Shown piece by piece: positions 23,111 through 33,855 of a stretch of 64,000 nucleotides of DNA (the first letter of the stretch is position 1; every line of letters begins with the position of its first letter). Position numbers and translations under genes: made by a program. The stretch comes from Squalus acanthias (taxonomy: Eukaryota). The notes beneath the pieces were generated by a model. The model did no database searches, was not told the origin of the DNA, and saw nothing but the letters and a program-made list of their open reading frames with translations. The stretch is taken from the NCBI GenBank assembly GCA_030390025.1, contig CM059431.1, forward strand, positions 110,176,001 to 110,240,000. The letters run 5' to 3'.

Positions 23111-23188
23111 ATTTAATCAACTTTGAAAAACTTCGCACTCAAACTTTTTGGACGAACTCGGAACTAAGGATCCAGGGAATCACCCATC

Positions 23189-26100
23189 ATGGAAAACATC
23201 CTTAAACCATCGCGTCTTGACTTGGACCCAAACACCCCAGCAGCCGGTAAGGTGTGGAAACACTGGTATCGCACGTTTGACAATTTTCTCGAATATTGCA
23301 AGGCTGATGATGACTCAAAATTGCGGATACTCATCAACTGTGTCACCCCGAATGTATTTCAGTATGTCGAGGAATGGGGCAGTTACGAGGAGGCAATTCG
23401 GACGCTTAAAAGACTATATACTAAGACACCGAATGAGGTCTATGCCAGACATCTACTAGCTACAGCCCAACAAGGGCCAGAGGAATCCATTGATAAATTC
23501 CTCCAAGAGCTTCGCAGACTTAGTATGGACTGTAACTTTCAGGCGGCCTCAGCTGAGCTGTACCGTGAAGAAATGATCCGTGATGCTTTCATCTGCGGGC
23601 TTGCCTCCCCATTTATACGCCAGCGTCTACTGGAAAGTAAGACACTTGAGCTTCAGAGAGCTTATGACATGGCTTGCTCTCTAGATCTGGCAAAAAGAAA
23701 TGCAGACCTTTATACAGTGCCCAGACCTCGGTCTGCTGCCTTAACTACAGTCAGGCAATTTAAGAGGCCACAGGTGAACTCTATTAGGGAGGACTTTATC
23801 CCTGACGATCAATCTGATGACTTCACTGATGAAGAGGATGATGACCCCACTGTGGCAGCCTCTTGGCAATCTAAGAAATGCTTCTTTTGTGGTGATGAGT
23901 TTCACCCTCGGAAATTCTGCCCTGCTCGCAATGCGTTTTGCAGTCATTGCAACAAAAAGGGTCATTTTGCAAAGGTTTGCCTATCAAGAGCCTCTACGAG
24001 GGCTTATCAAGCTAAGTCCTACCGAACTGCCCCGGTAAGGGCCTATCAAGATGTTCCGGCTAAAATCTATCGTGCTTCCTCTCGGGTTTTCTCTCGAAGA
24101 AACACACCTAGAGTTTCAGCCACTCTTTGTGCAACGACACCAATTACAGCTGCTTGTCCTCAGAACCTATTCCATGCAGCTACAAAAGCATCAATTAATG
24201 GACATACTTTAGATGCCTTAATTGACTCAGGTAGCACTGATAGTTTCATTAGGGAACAGATTGTTGCAGAGTTAAAGCTACATGTTTTCCCATCGGACCA
24301 GGCAATTGCGATGGCTCAGTCATCACTTAATACCAGAATTTCTGGCTTTTGTATGGTTGAAATAACACTTAATGGTCACAGGTATCCCTCCACCCGGCTT
24401 TCGGTGCTCAAGGACTTATGTAGTGATCTTATCTTAGGGCTAGATTTTCAAAAGCAGCATAAGAAGCTCACCATTGAGTTCAGCGGATCCAAACCTGAAC
24501 TCACTATTTCTAATATACGACCTCGATTACCGTTCTGTGCATTGTCAGCAGCTTCACTGGATGAACCCTCACTGTTTACCAGTATCCCTCCTCGATGCAA
24601 ACCGATTATAACAAAGTCACGACGTTTCAGTCAGGAAGACCAGTCTTTTATTGCGGCTGAGATTTCTCGGCTTTTAGCAGAGGATATCATGGAGCCTTGT
24701 TCATCGCCATGGCGCGCCCAGGTCGTTATTGTTAAGAACCCTCTACAACCTCACAAGAAACGGCTGTGCATTGACTATTCACAGACCATCAATCAATATA
24801 CGGACTTGGACGCATACCCATTGCCGCGCATCGATGATATGGTTAATAAACTGGCTGAGTACACGGTGTTCTCAACATATGATCTGAAAAGTGCCTATCA
24901 TCAGGTACCCTTGAAGGTCTCAGACAAGCAGTATACGGCCTTTGAAGCCAATGGACGGCTGTATCAATTTCGTCGCCTCCCCTTTGGGGTCACTAATGGA
25001 GTGGCTGTCTTCCAGCGAGCAATGGATGACCTGGTCAAACAGGAAGACTTAAAGGATACGTTTCCTTATCTGGACAATATTACTGTCGCAGGTCGCAATC
25101 AGCGGGAACATGACGCCAATCTCCAACGATTTTGGGATGCACTCCAGCACCGTAATTTGACATTAAATGCGGCTAAATCCATTGAGTCACAACCAACCAT
25201 CAACATCCTTGGCTATTGTGTGGGCAATGGCATCATTAAACCTGACCCTGAAAGGCTTCACCCACTCCAAGAACTCCCGCCACCTAAGAATCCGGCCTCC
25301 TTGCGCCGGGCCCTCGGCCTGTTTGCATACTATGCTAAATGGATTCCTAACTTCTCGGACCGAATCCAACCTCTACTGAAGGCCAGCACATTCCCACGAG
25401 ACACAGCGGCTGTTGCAGCCTTTAACCTCCTGAAAAAACAGTTGGAGAAAGCGGCTCTTCACTCCATCGATGAGAGTCTTCCTTTTGTCGTTGAGTGTGA
25501 TGCCTCGGAGGTGGCGATCTCGGCCACTCTGAATCAGGAAGGTCGTCCGGTGGCATTTTTGTCCAGGACTTTTCAAGGGGCTGAGCTACATTATCCTCCA
25601 GTCGAGAAAGAAGCTACAGCCATCATAGAGGCAGTACGGAAGTGGACTCATCTCCTAGCTCGCCAGCACTTTACCTTAATCACGGACCAGCGATCGGTCG
25701 CCTTCATGCTCGATAATCGAAAACGGACCAAAATTAAAAATAATAAAATCCAGCTTTGGCGGCTGGAATTGGCCTCTTTTGGTTACACCATCCACTATCG
25801 ACCTGGCAAGGAGAATGTGGCTCCGGATACCCTCACACGAGCATTCTGCTCCGCCATGGCACCCTCTACGCTCGTAGACATCCATGATGGGTTGTGTCAT
25901 CCGGGCGTTACTCGCATGCTACACTTCGTGCGGTCCCGAAATCTCCCATTCTCTACCGGGGATGTAAAGAAGATGTGCTCGGACTGCAGAGTCTGTGCGG
26001 AATTGAAACCTCAGTTTTTCCGCCCCTCGGGTGGTATACTCATACATGCGACCCAGCCAATGCAACGGCTTAGCATCGATTTTAAGGGGCCGTTGCCCTC

Positions 26101-27139
26101 TTCAACTCGCAACACTTATCTATTGACCATGGTCGATGAGTATTCCCGTTTTCCATTTGCCTTTCCCTGCCCCAATATGCTGACGACCACGGTTATCAGC
26201 TGCCTTGAGCAGGTATTTGCTTTCTGTGGCATGGCATCCTATGTTCATTCGGATCGGGGCCCTTCTTTTATGTCAGGAGAACTCAAGGCCTATCTCTCGG
26301 AACGGGGTATTGCTGCCAGCAGAACGACGCCTTATCATCCGGTCGGGAATGGGCAAGTCGAGCGTTTTAACGCTATCATCTGGAATGCGGTACGTCTGGC
26401 TTTGAGATCTCGGGGCCTACCCAACCAGCAATGGGAAGCAGTACTTCCAGACGCATTACACTCCACACGGTCCCTCCTTTCGACCGCCACAAATACGACG
26501 CCTCATGAACGGTTCTTCCGATTTCAGCGTCGCTCATCCTATGGGATATCTCTCCCGTCGTGGCTGACTGCACCGGGACCAGTGCTACTCCGAAGATATG
26601 TTCGGGCGTCTAAGAATGACCCCCTGGTAGATGAGGTTGAGCTCACTGACGTCAACCCTACCTACGCCTATATTCGGTATCCTGACGGTCGGGAATCTAC
26701 CGTGTCATTGCGGGATCTGGCTCCCTGCCCGCCGAAACATAGAGGGACACCAGGGGATGATATTGTACCAGGCACATCTCTGGGCTCGCCAGGTGCCTCT
26801 CATCACGATCTGGATCTGACGCCGGCTGGTACCTCACTCCAGCGTGCCGACCTGGGGCAGACTGACTATGAGCCCGTCGGGGCTCGCACGCGCAGCCACG
26901 ATCCACCCTGTACCATACGCTCGGAAACGGATCTGCCACAGCCCTGCCCGACACCCGTTCGGGCACCAGTACACAGTCAGGATCGTCCTGACCCCTCACA
27001 GAGCGGGCTGGATCACTCGGACTCTGGTCCACGGCCCGCGGCGGGTAAACGGGCTAGGGGCCCTCTACCGCTACGAGAACCCAAACGGGTGCGGCTCTCC
27101 CTCATCCAGCGGCTACGAAATGGAGGGAGAATGTGGTAA
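23189..27139 (+). CDS. Gag-Pol polyprotein (gag zinc knuckles, aspartic protease, RT, RNase H, integrase), single 1316-aa ORF
   Basis: CFFCGDEFHPRKFC / CSHCNKKGHFAKVC; LIDSGS; RLCIDY, YDLKSAYHQ, LPFGV, YLDN; VECDAS..EKEA..TDQ; HDGLCH..CRVC, IDF..HSDRG..NGQVER. Gypsy domain order. No env or chromodomain seen. Confidence 0.95.
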   Translation: MENILKPSRLDLDPNTPAAGKVWKHWYRTFDNFLEYCKADDDSKLRILINCVTPNVFQYVEEWGSYEEAIRTLKRLYTKTPNEVYARHLLATAQQGPEESIDKFLQELRRLSMDCNFQAASAELYREEMIRDAFICGLASPFIRQRLLESKTLELQRAYDMACSLDLAKRNADLYTVPRPRSAALTTVRQFKRPQVNSIREDFIPDDQSDDFTDEEDDDPTVAASWQSKKCFFCGDEFHPRKFCPARNAFCSHCNKKGHFAKVCLSRASTRAYQAKSYRTAPVRAYQDVPAKIYRASSRVFSRRNTPRVSATLCATTPITAACPQNLFHAATKASINGHTLDALIDSGSTDSFIREQIVAELKLHVFPSDQAIAMAQSSLNTRISGFCMVEITLNGHRYPSTRLSVLKDLCSDLILGLDFQKQHKKLTIEFSGSKPELTISNIRPRLPFCALSAASLDEPSLFTSIPPRCKPIITKSRRFSQEDQSFIAAEISRLLAEDIMEPCSSPWRAQVVIVKNPLQPHKKRLCIDYSQTINQYTDLDAYPLPRIDDMVNKLAEYTVFSTYDLKSAYHQVPLKVSDKQYTAFEANGRLYQFRRLPFGVTNGVAVFQRAMDDLVKQEDLKDTFPYLDNITVAGRNQREHDANLQRFWDALQHRNLTLNAAKSIESQPTINILGYCVGNGIIKPDPERLHPLQELPPPKNPASLRRALGLFAYYAKWIPNFSDRIQPLLKASTFPRDTAAVAAFNLLKKQLEKAALHSIDESLPFVVECDASEVAISATLNQEGRPVAFLSRTFQGAELHYPPVEKEATAIIEAVRKWTHLLARQHFTLITDQRSVAFMLDNRKRTKIKNNKIQLWRLELASFGYTIHYRPGKENVAPDTLTRAFCSAMAPSTLVDIHDGLCHPGVTRMLHFVRSRNLPFSTGDVKKMCSDCRVCAELKPQFFRPSGGILIHATQPMQRLSIDFKGPLPSSTRNTYLLTMVDEYSRFPFAFPCPNMLTTTVISCLEQVFAFCGMASYVHSDRGPSFMSGELKAYLSERGIAASRTTPYHPVGNGQVERFNAIIWNAVRLALRSRGLPNQQWEAVLPDALHSTRSLLSTATNTTPHERFFRFQRRSSYGISLPSWLTAPGPVLLRRYVRASKNDPLVDEVELTDVNPTYAYIRYPDGRESTVSLRDLAPCPPKHRGTPGDDIVPGTSLGSPGASHHDLDLTPAGTSLQRADLGQTDYEPVGARTRSHDPPCTIRSETDLPQPCPTPVRAPVHSQDRPDPSQSGLDHSDSGPRPAAGKRARGPLPLREPKRVRLSLIQRLRNGGRMW

Positions 27140-27202
27140 TACAATACAGCTTCCTGTGACTCGAACTTCATCCTGGCCTCCTAATCTTTTGGGGGGGGAG
27201 AA

Positions 27203-27396
27203 TGTGGTAACACAATACAGCTTCCTGTGACTCGAACTTTATTACATCACTTCCTGTGATTAGTCCAGGATAAATACTGGGCTGATCAGTTGGTTCCTGG
27301 AGAGGCATAGAGTAAGACCTCTTTTGTATGTAGCACCTTTTTAGTTGATTAAAGCTTACTTTAAGTTCACCACGCGTAAGGCTCATTCTTACGACA
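27203..27396 (+). repeat. 3' LTR
   Basis: Identical to the 5' LTR and preceded by the PPT. Confidence 0.95.
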
Positions 27397-28422
27397 TCCC
27401 CCTCTCTCCATCTCCCACCTCTAGCTGCTCGGCAACTCCAGATATTTCTAAAGCAGCCTCCTCTGCTGTTGTAAGGTTTGCAAATGATGGCGGGCCACCG
27501 CCAGTTCTCCCCCCACCCTCTTATTTTGGGCTCTCTTTTCCTGCAAGGAGAGAAAGAAGAGAAGTTTGAGTGAGAGTGATGGAATGAGTGTAAGGAATGG
27601 ATGGGTTAGATCTTTAGAGGGTGACTATGGTGGAGTGGGGTGCCAAAGCCAAGTGGCCTCTTTGTGTGTTGTTAGTTGGTATGATTGATTGAGGGTGAAT
27701 GTGAGGGGTGGTTAGTGAGATGGGGGTGTGATAATGGAGATAGAGAGAGAGGGGTGGGTGGATGTGCAAGGTATGTTGGTGTGAGTAAGGATGTGCAGGA
27801 GTAGGGTAGGGAAGGCAGAGTGATGGGGATGTGATAAGAGGCACAGCAGGACAAAGGTAAGTGTGGCTTTGTACTCACATTTCCTGATCTAATGAGATCA
27901 TTGAAAGGCTTGCGGCACTGCACCCAGGTCCTCCTGACCACATCCCTGCTGGTGACCTCCTCTGCAATCTCCAACCAGGCTGTTTTGGTATCCTGGGGAG
28001 CTCTCTTCCGCTCATTGGAAGGGAAGAGGGCCTCCCTGTGTTTTCTGACTCCCTCCATAAACATATGGAGGGAGTCATCGGAGAACCTGGGTGCAGCCCT
28101 CTGCCTCTGTGCAGTGATTGTCAGTGTTTGCAGCACTCCAATGCTGTAGTGCACTGATAGCACTATGTTAGATTGACATTCAAATCCAATGTGGCCATGG
28201 TCACTTTAAAGATCCCGGCTGAAAATGCGTCATCGATGACGTCACCAGACCTGCACCATTTAATTGGGTCGAGTAACACGCAGGGCGGGCTTAATAGGCC
28301 CTATTAAGGGAAAGTCATTTTCAGCAGTGGGATGGAGCCAGCAGCAGGGTCGCGACCTGTCATGGCCACAGCCCGCACCGGACCTGTGCAAGTAGGCAAA
28401 ATTCCGGCCAATATTCCTTGAA

Positions 28423-28797
28423 TACAAACAGAAAATATTGAAAAAGACTCAGCAGATCAGGCACAATCTGTGGTGAGAGAAACAGAGTTAACGTTTCAGG
28501 TCTGTGAACCTTCGTGATCCACCACCATCGTCCTCCGCCTGGCTGAACTTGTTCTTACATTGAACAACTTCTCCTTTGACTCCTCTCACTTCCTTCAAAT
28601 AAAAGGTATCGCTATGGGAACCCGTATGGGCTCTAGCTATGCCTGCCTTTTCATGGGATATGTAATTAACTGACGAATGGTCACAGAGCAGAAAAGTTAA
28701 CTGTTTCTCTCTCCGCAGATGCTGCCTGACCTGCTGAGCAATTCCAGCATTTTCTGTTTGTATTTCAGATTTCCAGCATCTGCAGTATTTTGCTTTT
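28423..28797. mobile_element. Penelope family B: inverted pLTRs around an RT fragment
   Basis: Plus strand 28520-28664 translates to LRLAELVLTLNNFSFDSSHFLQIKGIAMGTRMGSSYACLFMGY (Penelope RT). pLTR arms are inverted. TSD ACAATATTCCTT(G/T)AA. Confidence 0.85.
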
Positions 28798-29526
28798 ACA
28801 ATATTCCTTTAACCAGTTTTTCTTCTGCATGGCGTTATCACTACAATGCAAGATTGGCTTTATTCTACAAAAGCAATCATTCTCAGAGTTTTAGGTAAGT
28901 TTTATCTGGTACAGACCTAATTCTTTCTCGATTTACCAATGTTTGAGATGCCACAGGGACTGGGTGGGCACAGACGGTTTAGAACATGAGTCTTTCACCT
29001 CTGGAAGCTGGGTTTGTCTTCTCAATGTCCTCCTTACCAACCTCCCATCCTCCACCTTTCACAAACACTAACTTGTTCAAAATTCATCTGCCCGTATCCC
29101 ATCACGCACCAATTCTCACGCATCTATCGCTCCCATTTTCACTGACTTACATCGGTTCTTTGTTCCCCAATGCATTCAATTTAAAATCCTTCCTCTCATC
29201 CTTAATGTCCTCATCCCTCCATATCTCTAGAACCTTCGACAGCCTTGCCTCCGCTCCTGCACCTTTTGATCCTCTGGCCTTTTGAGCATTCCCTATTGGT
29301 GGCAGAGACGTCAGCTGCTTTGACCCTACTCTCTGGATTTCCTTGCCAATACCCCTTTGTCTCTCCACCTCGATCTTCATTTTTTTGACCAAGCGTTTGG
29401 CCGCTTCTCAATTCTAGCACCATGTCTTGACAACCACTCATTTATTCTTTCAATTTTTTTTCTACTTCTTCAATGTAAAGAAGCTGTGAGACATTTTCTA
29501 CAGTAAAGGTGATAAATAAATTCAAA

Positions 29527-31015
29527 GGCCGGAATTTTTCAGCGGGGGCGTTTGGAGGTGGGTCGGCTGGGAAAATGGTTTTCTTTTGACAGCGGGTAGG
29601 GAACCCGCTGCCAATCCGCCTCCACGCTAGTCTCCCAGATGTCGGGTCTGTCATCGCAGAACAGACCCAACACCAAGCGGCGAGGGAGGCAATTGACATC
29701 ATTGGATACATTGTTAAGTGCCAATTAAGTAGTATTTTAAGCTTACCTTTCAATTTTTCATGTTTCCCCATGGCTTCCCCGCTGCTTGGGGATCAGGTCA
29801 GGTAAGGAGGTCGGGTGTTCTGTCAGCATGTGATGATTTCTTTATTTGACAGCTGCAAATGGTCTATAAAAGCTTCCATTTCATAGGTCTTCACTTTGCA
29901 AGGTTAGAAGCTGTTAATTACTGCATTTGGAAGACGTATTGAGCTTTATGCAGCTTGCAAGTGTTTGGAGCTAACTCTCTATCCAGTATCACCTCATTGG
30001 AACAACCTGTCTCACCATTGACAGATTGCTTCTGTCATCTCAACCTCACCTGCCATCTATTCCATCAGCATGGGTGCCCTTTATACTCTCTCACCTTGGT
30101 CCTCAGAATCCCACCACGATCAGCCCCAACACCAGCAGCACCAACAACACCAACCTTCTCCACAATCAGCTGGTGCTGCACAGGACACAGGGCATCAGCA
30201 CCCGACCACATTGCTGCCCGGGATGCCAGGGATGGCCTCACTATGAGCATATTTACTTCACTTGATGCTGTACACCCTGGCTGCCACATGATGCACCAAG
30301 TTGGCGCCACCCCACACCAACACCATAAAGCATCCCTACAATGTTCAAGCCATTCACACTCATCACCATTGCGGGGGGTACCGTTATGTCTCACCATTCA
30401 CTGCAACTCACTAAGCCACTTCCAAAGGTGCACGCAAATCTGTCCAAGAATGCAAAGTGTTGAAAATAAAGGTTTCAATGTTTGACAACATATTAACAGA
30501 AACTTTACATGAACATTGCATAAAACACCCAAGTGCCTACCCTTGTGTGTTGTTAGTTGGTATGATTGCACTAGGATGAGGGTGAGTGTGAGGGGTGGCT
30601 AGTGAAATGGGGAAGTGATAATGTCGATAGAGAGGGATGGGTGGAGGTGCAAGGTAAGTTGGTGAGAGTAAGGATGTGCAGGAGTAGGGTAGGGAAGGCA
30701 GAGTGGTGGGGATGTGATGAGTGGCACAGCAGGATGAAGGTTGAGATGTCTTTGCAGTAACGTTTCGTGATCTACTGAGATCATTGAAAGGTTTGCGCCA
30801 CTGCAGCCTGGTCCTCCTGACCACATCCCTGCTTGTGTCCTCCTGTGCAAGGTGCAACCAGGCTGTGTTGGTGTCCTGGGGAGGTCTCTTTTGCCCATGG
30901 GAAGGGAAGAGAACCTCCCTGCGTGCTGTGACTCCCTCCATAAGCATGTGGAGGGAGTCATGGGAGAGCCTGGGTGCATTCGTGCACCTCAGTGCAGTGC
31001 TTGGCAGTGTTTGCA
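29527..31015. mobile_element. Harbinger deletion derivative (left TIR, transposase N-term stub, Myb exon 1), right end truncated
   Basis: Starts GGCCGGAATTTTT; colinear with 52795-54507. Minus Myb exon APRLSHDSL..RTRLQWRKPFNDL. Confidence 0.8.
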
Positions 31016-31457
31016 GGCCCTTCATTAAATTAGCTTGTAAATCTCAACCCAGTTCCTAGTGAGTGTCTGCTCCCCTGCACAAAAACTGCTCACAAATAAA
31101 TTAGCTGTTTTACTCAGGCCATCAGGCAGCTTATTTAGGAAATGGAACAATTAATACTGGTGCAATAGGGGGTGATCTTCTGTGTTTGGAATTAAAAGAT
31201 CCTGTTGGGGCAAAGCAGTGGGGAGCTTTACCCTGCACTTAGCTGTTCATACCTGTCTTGGGAGAGCTTGATGCTAATACGGGTTGTCAAGGGTGGAGAA
31301 TTTTAACTGGTATTAAAAGCCAACCATGCTGGATAAGTGCTGAGATCACAGGATGAAGAAAATGGGCGGGGAGGGGGCAATTGGGCTGTTGACGTAAATA
31401 CAGTGCAGACTAATTTTGTCTTTTGCAAGGTATGTTATGTTTTGAAACAAATATATA

Positions 31458-32324
31458 GGGCTGGATTTTACCAGCCCTGAGGAGGTGGGACTGGAAGCAG
31501 GACAGCTGGGAAAATCAAAAAGAATGGGAGCGGGTCCCAAACCCACTCCCAACCCGCCTCCAACCAATCTTCCCGGGAGTCGGGTACCCAATTTGCGCAG
31601 GGACCTGACTCCTAGCAGCGGGAAGAGGATTATAACCACTTAACTGCCTGTTAACAGGTAGTTAACAGGCAGTTAAGAGGCTTTTTCCCATATTGAGACT
31701 TCTGCTGCGGGCTTCCCGACATCAGGGAACCCTGCCAGGGTAAGTGAGGCGTGATGTGGGTCTGTTGTGATGTTTGTGTATAGATGACAGCTGCAGAAGT
31801 GGTGTGAAGGATGCAATGGGATACTGGTGAGTATTAGAGGTAAAGAAATGTTGGGAAAGTAATTTTTAATGTGTTTAGATTTTTCTGTAGGTGACAAGCT
31901 TTGAAGTGTTTGTGTGGCCTCACCTCATTGGGAGAGGTGACAGATCGCATCTGTACCCTCACCTGCAGCTGCCATCTGTTTTATCCTAAGGAGAGAGTCA
32001 TTGGAGAGCCTGCGTGCAAGGGCTCACCTTTATACAATGATTGTCAGTGTTTGACAGCACCTCAATGCTGTCAAACACTGACAGATCATCTGACAAAAAT
32101 AAATGGATCATTTCCCTTTAAGAAAACCGGCAGATGAAGCGTCATCAACTGACGTCATCTGACACCGGCTTTCCCTTAATTGGTCAGCAAGCCCGCAGGG
32201 CGGGCTTAACAAGGCCAATCAGGGGAAAGTAGCATCTGTGCATCGGACGTCGCTGGGGGCGGGACTAGAACCCGGAAGGCAGCATTCCCGCCCCCAACTC
32301 GTCTCGGCAGGTAAAATCCAGCCC
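31458..32324. mobile_element. Harbinger MITE/derivative
   Basis: Perfect 15-bp TIR GGGCTGGATTTTACC / GGTAAAATCCAGCCC; TSD ATA. Confidence 0.9.
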
Positions 32325-32703
32325 ATAGAATCACCAGAAATATAACTTTTTCCAATTTAGACGGTGGCAATTTCACAAAGTATTTGTGTTGATCTTTGAC
32401 AACTCAGTTGCGTGATTCACAATAATTTATAAATACGGCAACTTTAAAGGACTTTGTTGCTGAGGTTTTGCACTTTAAGTGCAACCTGAAGACAAGTTTT
32501 GCTTTTAGCACGTGGTTGTTCTGTATCTCCAAATTACACAATCATTAACTAATGCCCCCACTGGAGATTGGGAATGGGACAACATTTTGATTTGTGAAAG
32601 CTATAGTATACTCCTCTTAATTCAAACTTGCTTAGTTCAAATTATCTGATAATTCAATTTTGCTTTAGCATTAAATTACCATTTTGTTGTGTTATTTACA
32701 TTT

Positions 32704-33480
32704 CATAAGAACATAAGAAATAGGAGCAGGAGTAGGCCATTTGGCCCTTCGAGCCTGCTCCGCCATTCAATAAGATCATGGCTGATCTTCTACCTCATCT
32801 CCACTTTTGCGCACTATCCCCATATCCCTTGATTCCCTTAATATTCCAAAAATCTATCGATCTCTGTCTTGAATATACTCAACGACTGAGCATCCACAGC
32901 CCTCTGGGGGAGAGAATTCCAAAGATTCACCACCCTCTGAGTAAAGAAATTTCTCCTCATCTCAGTCCTAAATGGCTGACCCCTTATTCTGACACTGTGA
33001 CTCCTGGTTCTAGACTCCCCAGCCAGGCGAAACATCCTCCCTGCATCTACCCTGTCAAGCCCTGTAAGAATTTTGTATGTTTCAATGAGATCACCTCTCA
33101 TTCTTCTAAACTCTAGAGAATATAGGCCTAGTCTACTCAATCTGTCCTCATAGGGCAATCCCCCCATCCCAGGAACCAGTCTGGTGAACCTTCGTTGCAC
33201 TCCCTCTATAGCAAGTATATCCTTCCTTAAGTAAGGAGACCAAAACTGTACACAATACTCCAGGTGTGGTCTCACCAGGGCCCTATATAATTGCAGTAAG
33301 ACGTCTTTACTCTTATACTCAAATCCTCTTGTAATAAGGCCAACATACCATTTGCTTTCCTAATTGCTTGCTGTACCTGCATGTTAACTTTCAGTGATTC
33401 ACGTACAAGGACACCCAGGTCCCTCTGAACACCAACATTTTCCTATCTCTCACAATTTAAAAAATACTCTGCTTTTCTAA
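32704..33480 (-). mobile_element. CR1 LINE 3' end
   Basis: RPHLEYCVQFWSPYLRKDI..RNFFTQRVVNLWNSLP; tail (TTCTTATG)2. Confidence 0.9.
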
Positions 33481-33551
33481 TTCAAATTATTGTATAAATC
33501 AACATTTTTAGCACAAAATGACTGAATTATTAGAAGTAAAACAAAAAAGAA

Positions 33552-33855
33552 AGACTTACATTTATAGAGCGCCTTTCACGACCACCAGACGTCCCAAAGC
33601 ACTTTACAGCCAATGAAGTACTTATTGAAGTGTACTCACTGTTGTAATGTAGGAAACACAGCAGCCAATTTACGCACAAACAGTAATGTGTGATAATGAT
33701 CAGATAATCTGTTTTAATGATGTTGATTGAGGGATAAATATTGGCCAGGATACGGGGATAACTCCCCTGCTCTTCTTCGAAATAGTGCCATGGGATCTTT
33801 TATGTCCACCTGAGAGAGCAGACGGGGCCTCGGTTTAACGTCTCATCCAAAAGAC
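33552..33855 (-). mobile_element. Deu SINE 3' half
   Basis: Matches 14457-14765. Confidence 0.75.

Larger units (their letters stand above)
22917..27396 (+). mobile_element. intact Ty3/Gypsy LTR retrotransposon (Mag-like gag)
   Basis: Identical 194-bp LTRs TG..CA (22917-23110, 27203-27396). 5-bp TSD TCCCC (22912-22916, 27397-27401). PPT GGGGGGGGAGAA at 27191-27202. Confidence 0.97.
22100..28409. mobile_element. non-autonomous Harbinger (Myb/SANT exons, transposase deleted), interrupted by Gypsy
   Basis: TIR GGCCGGAATTTT / AAAATTCCGGCC; TSD AAT (22097-22099, 28410-28412). Minus-strand Myb exon APRFSDDSL..AWLEIAEEV..RTWVQCRKPFNDL at about 27880-28110. Confidence 0.9.

Noticed and set aside
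26740..27139. env gene or chromodomain after integrase
   Set aside because: Pro/Arg/Asp-rich low-complexity tail with no signal peptide, transmembrane segment or chromodomain aromatic motif visible.
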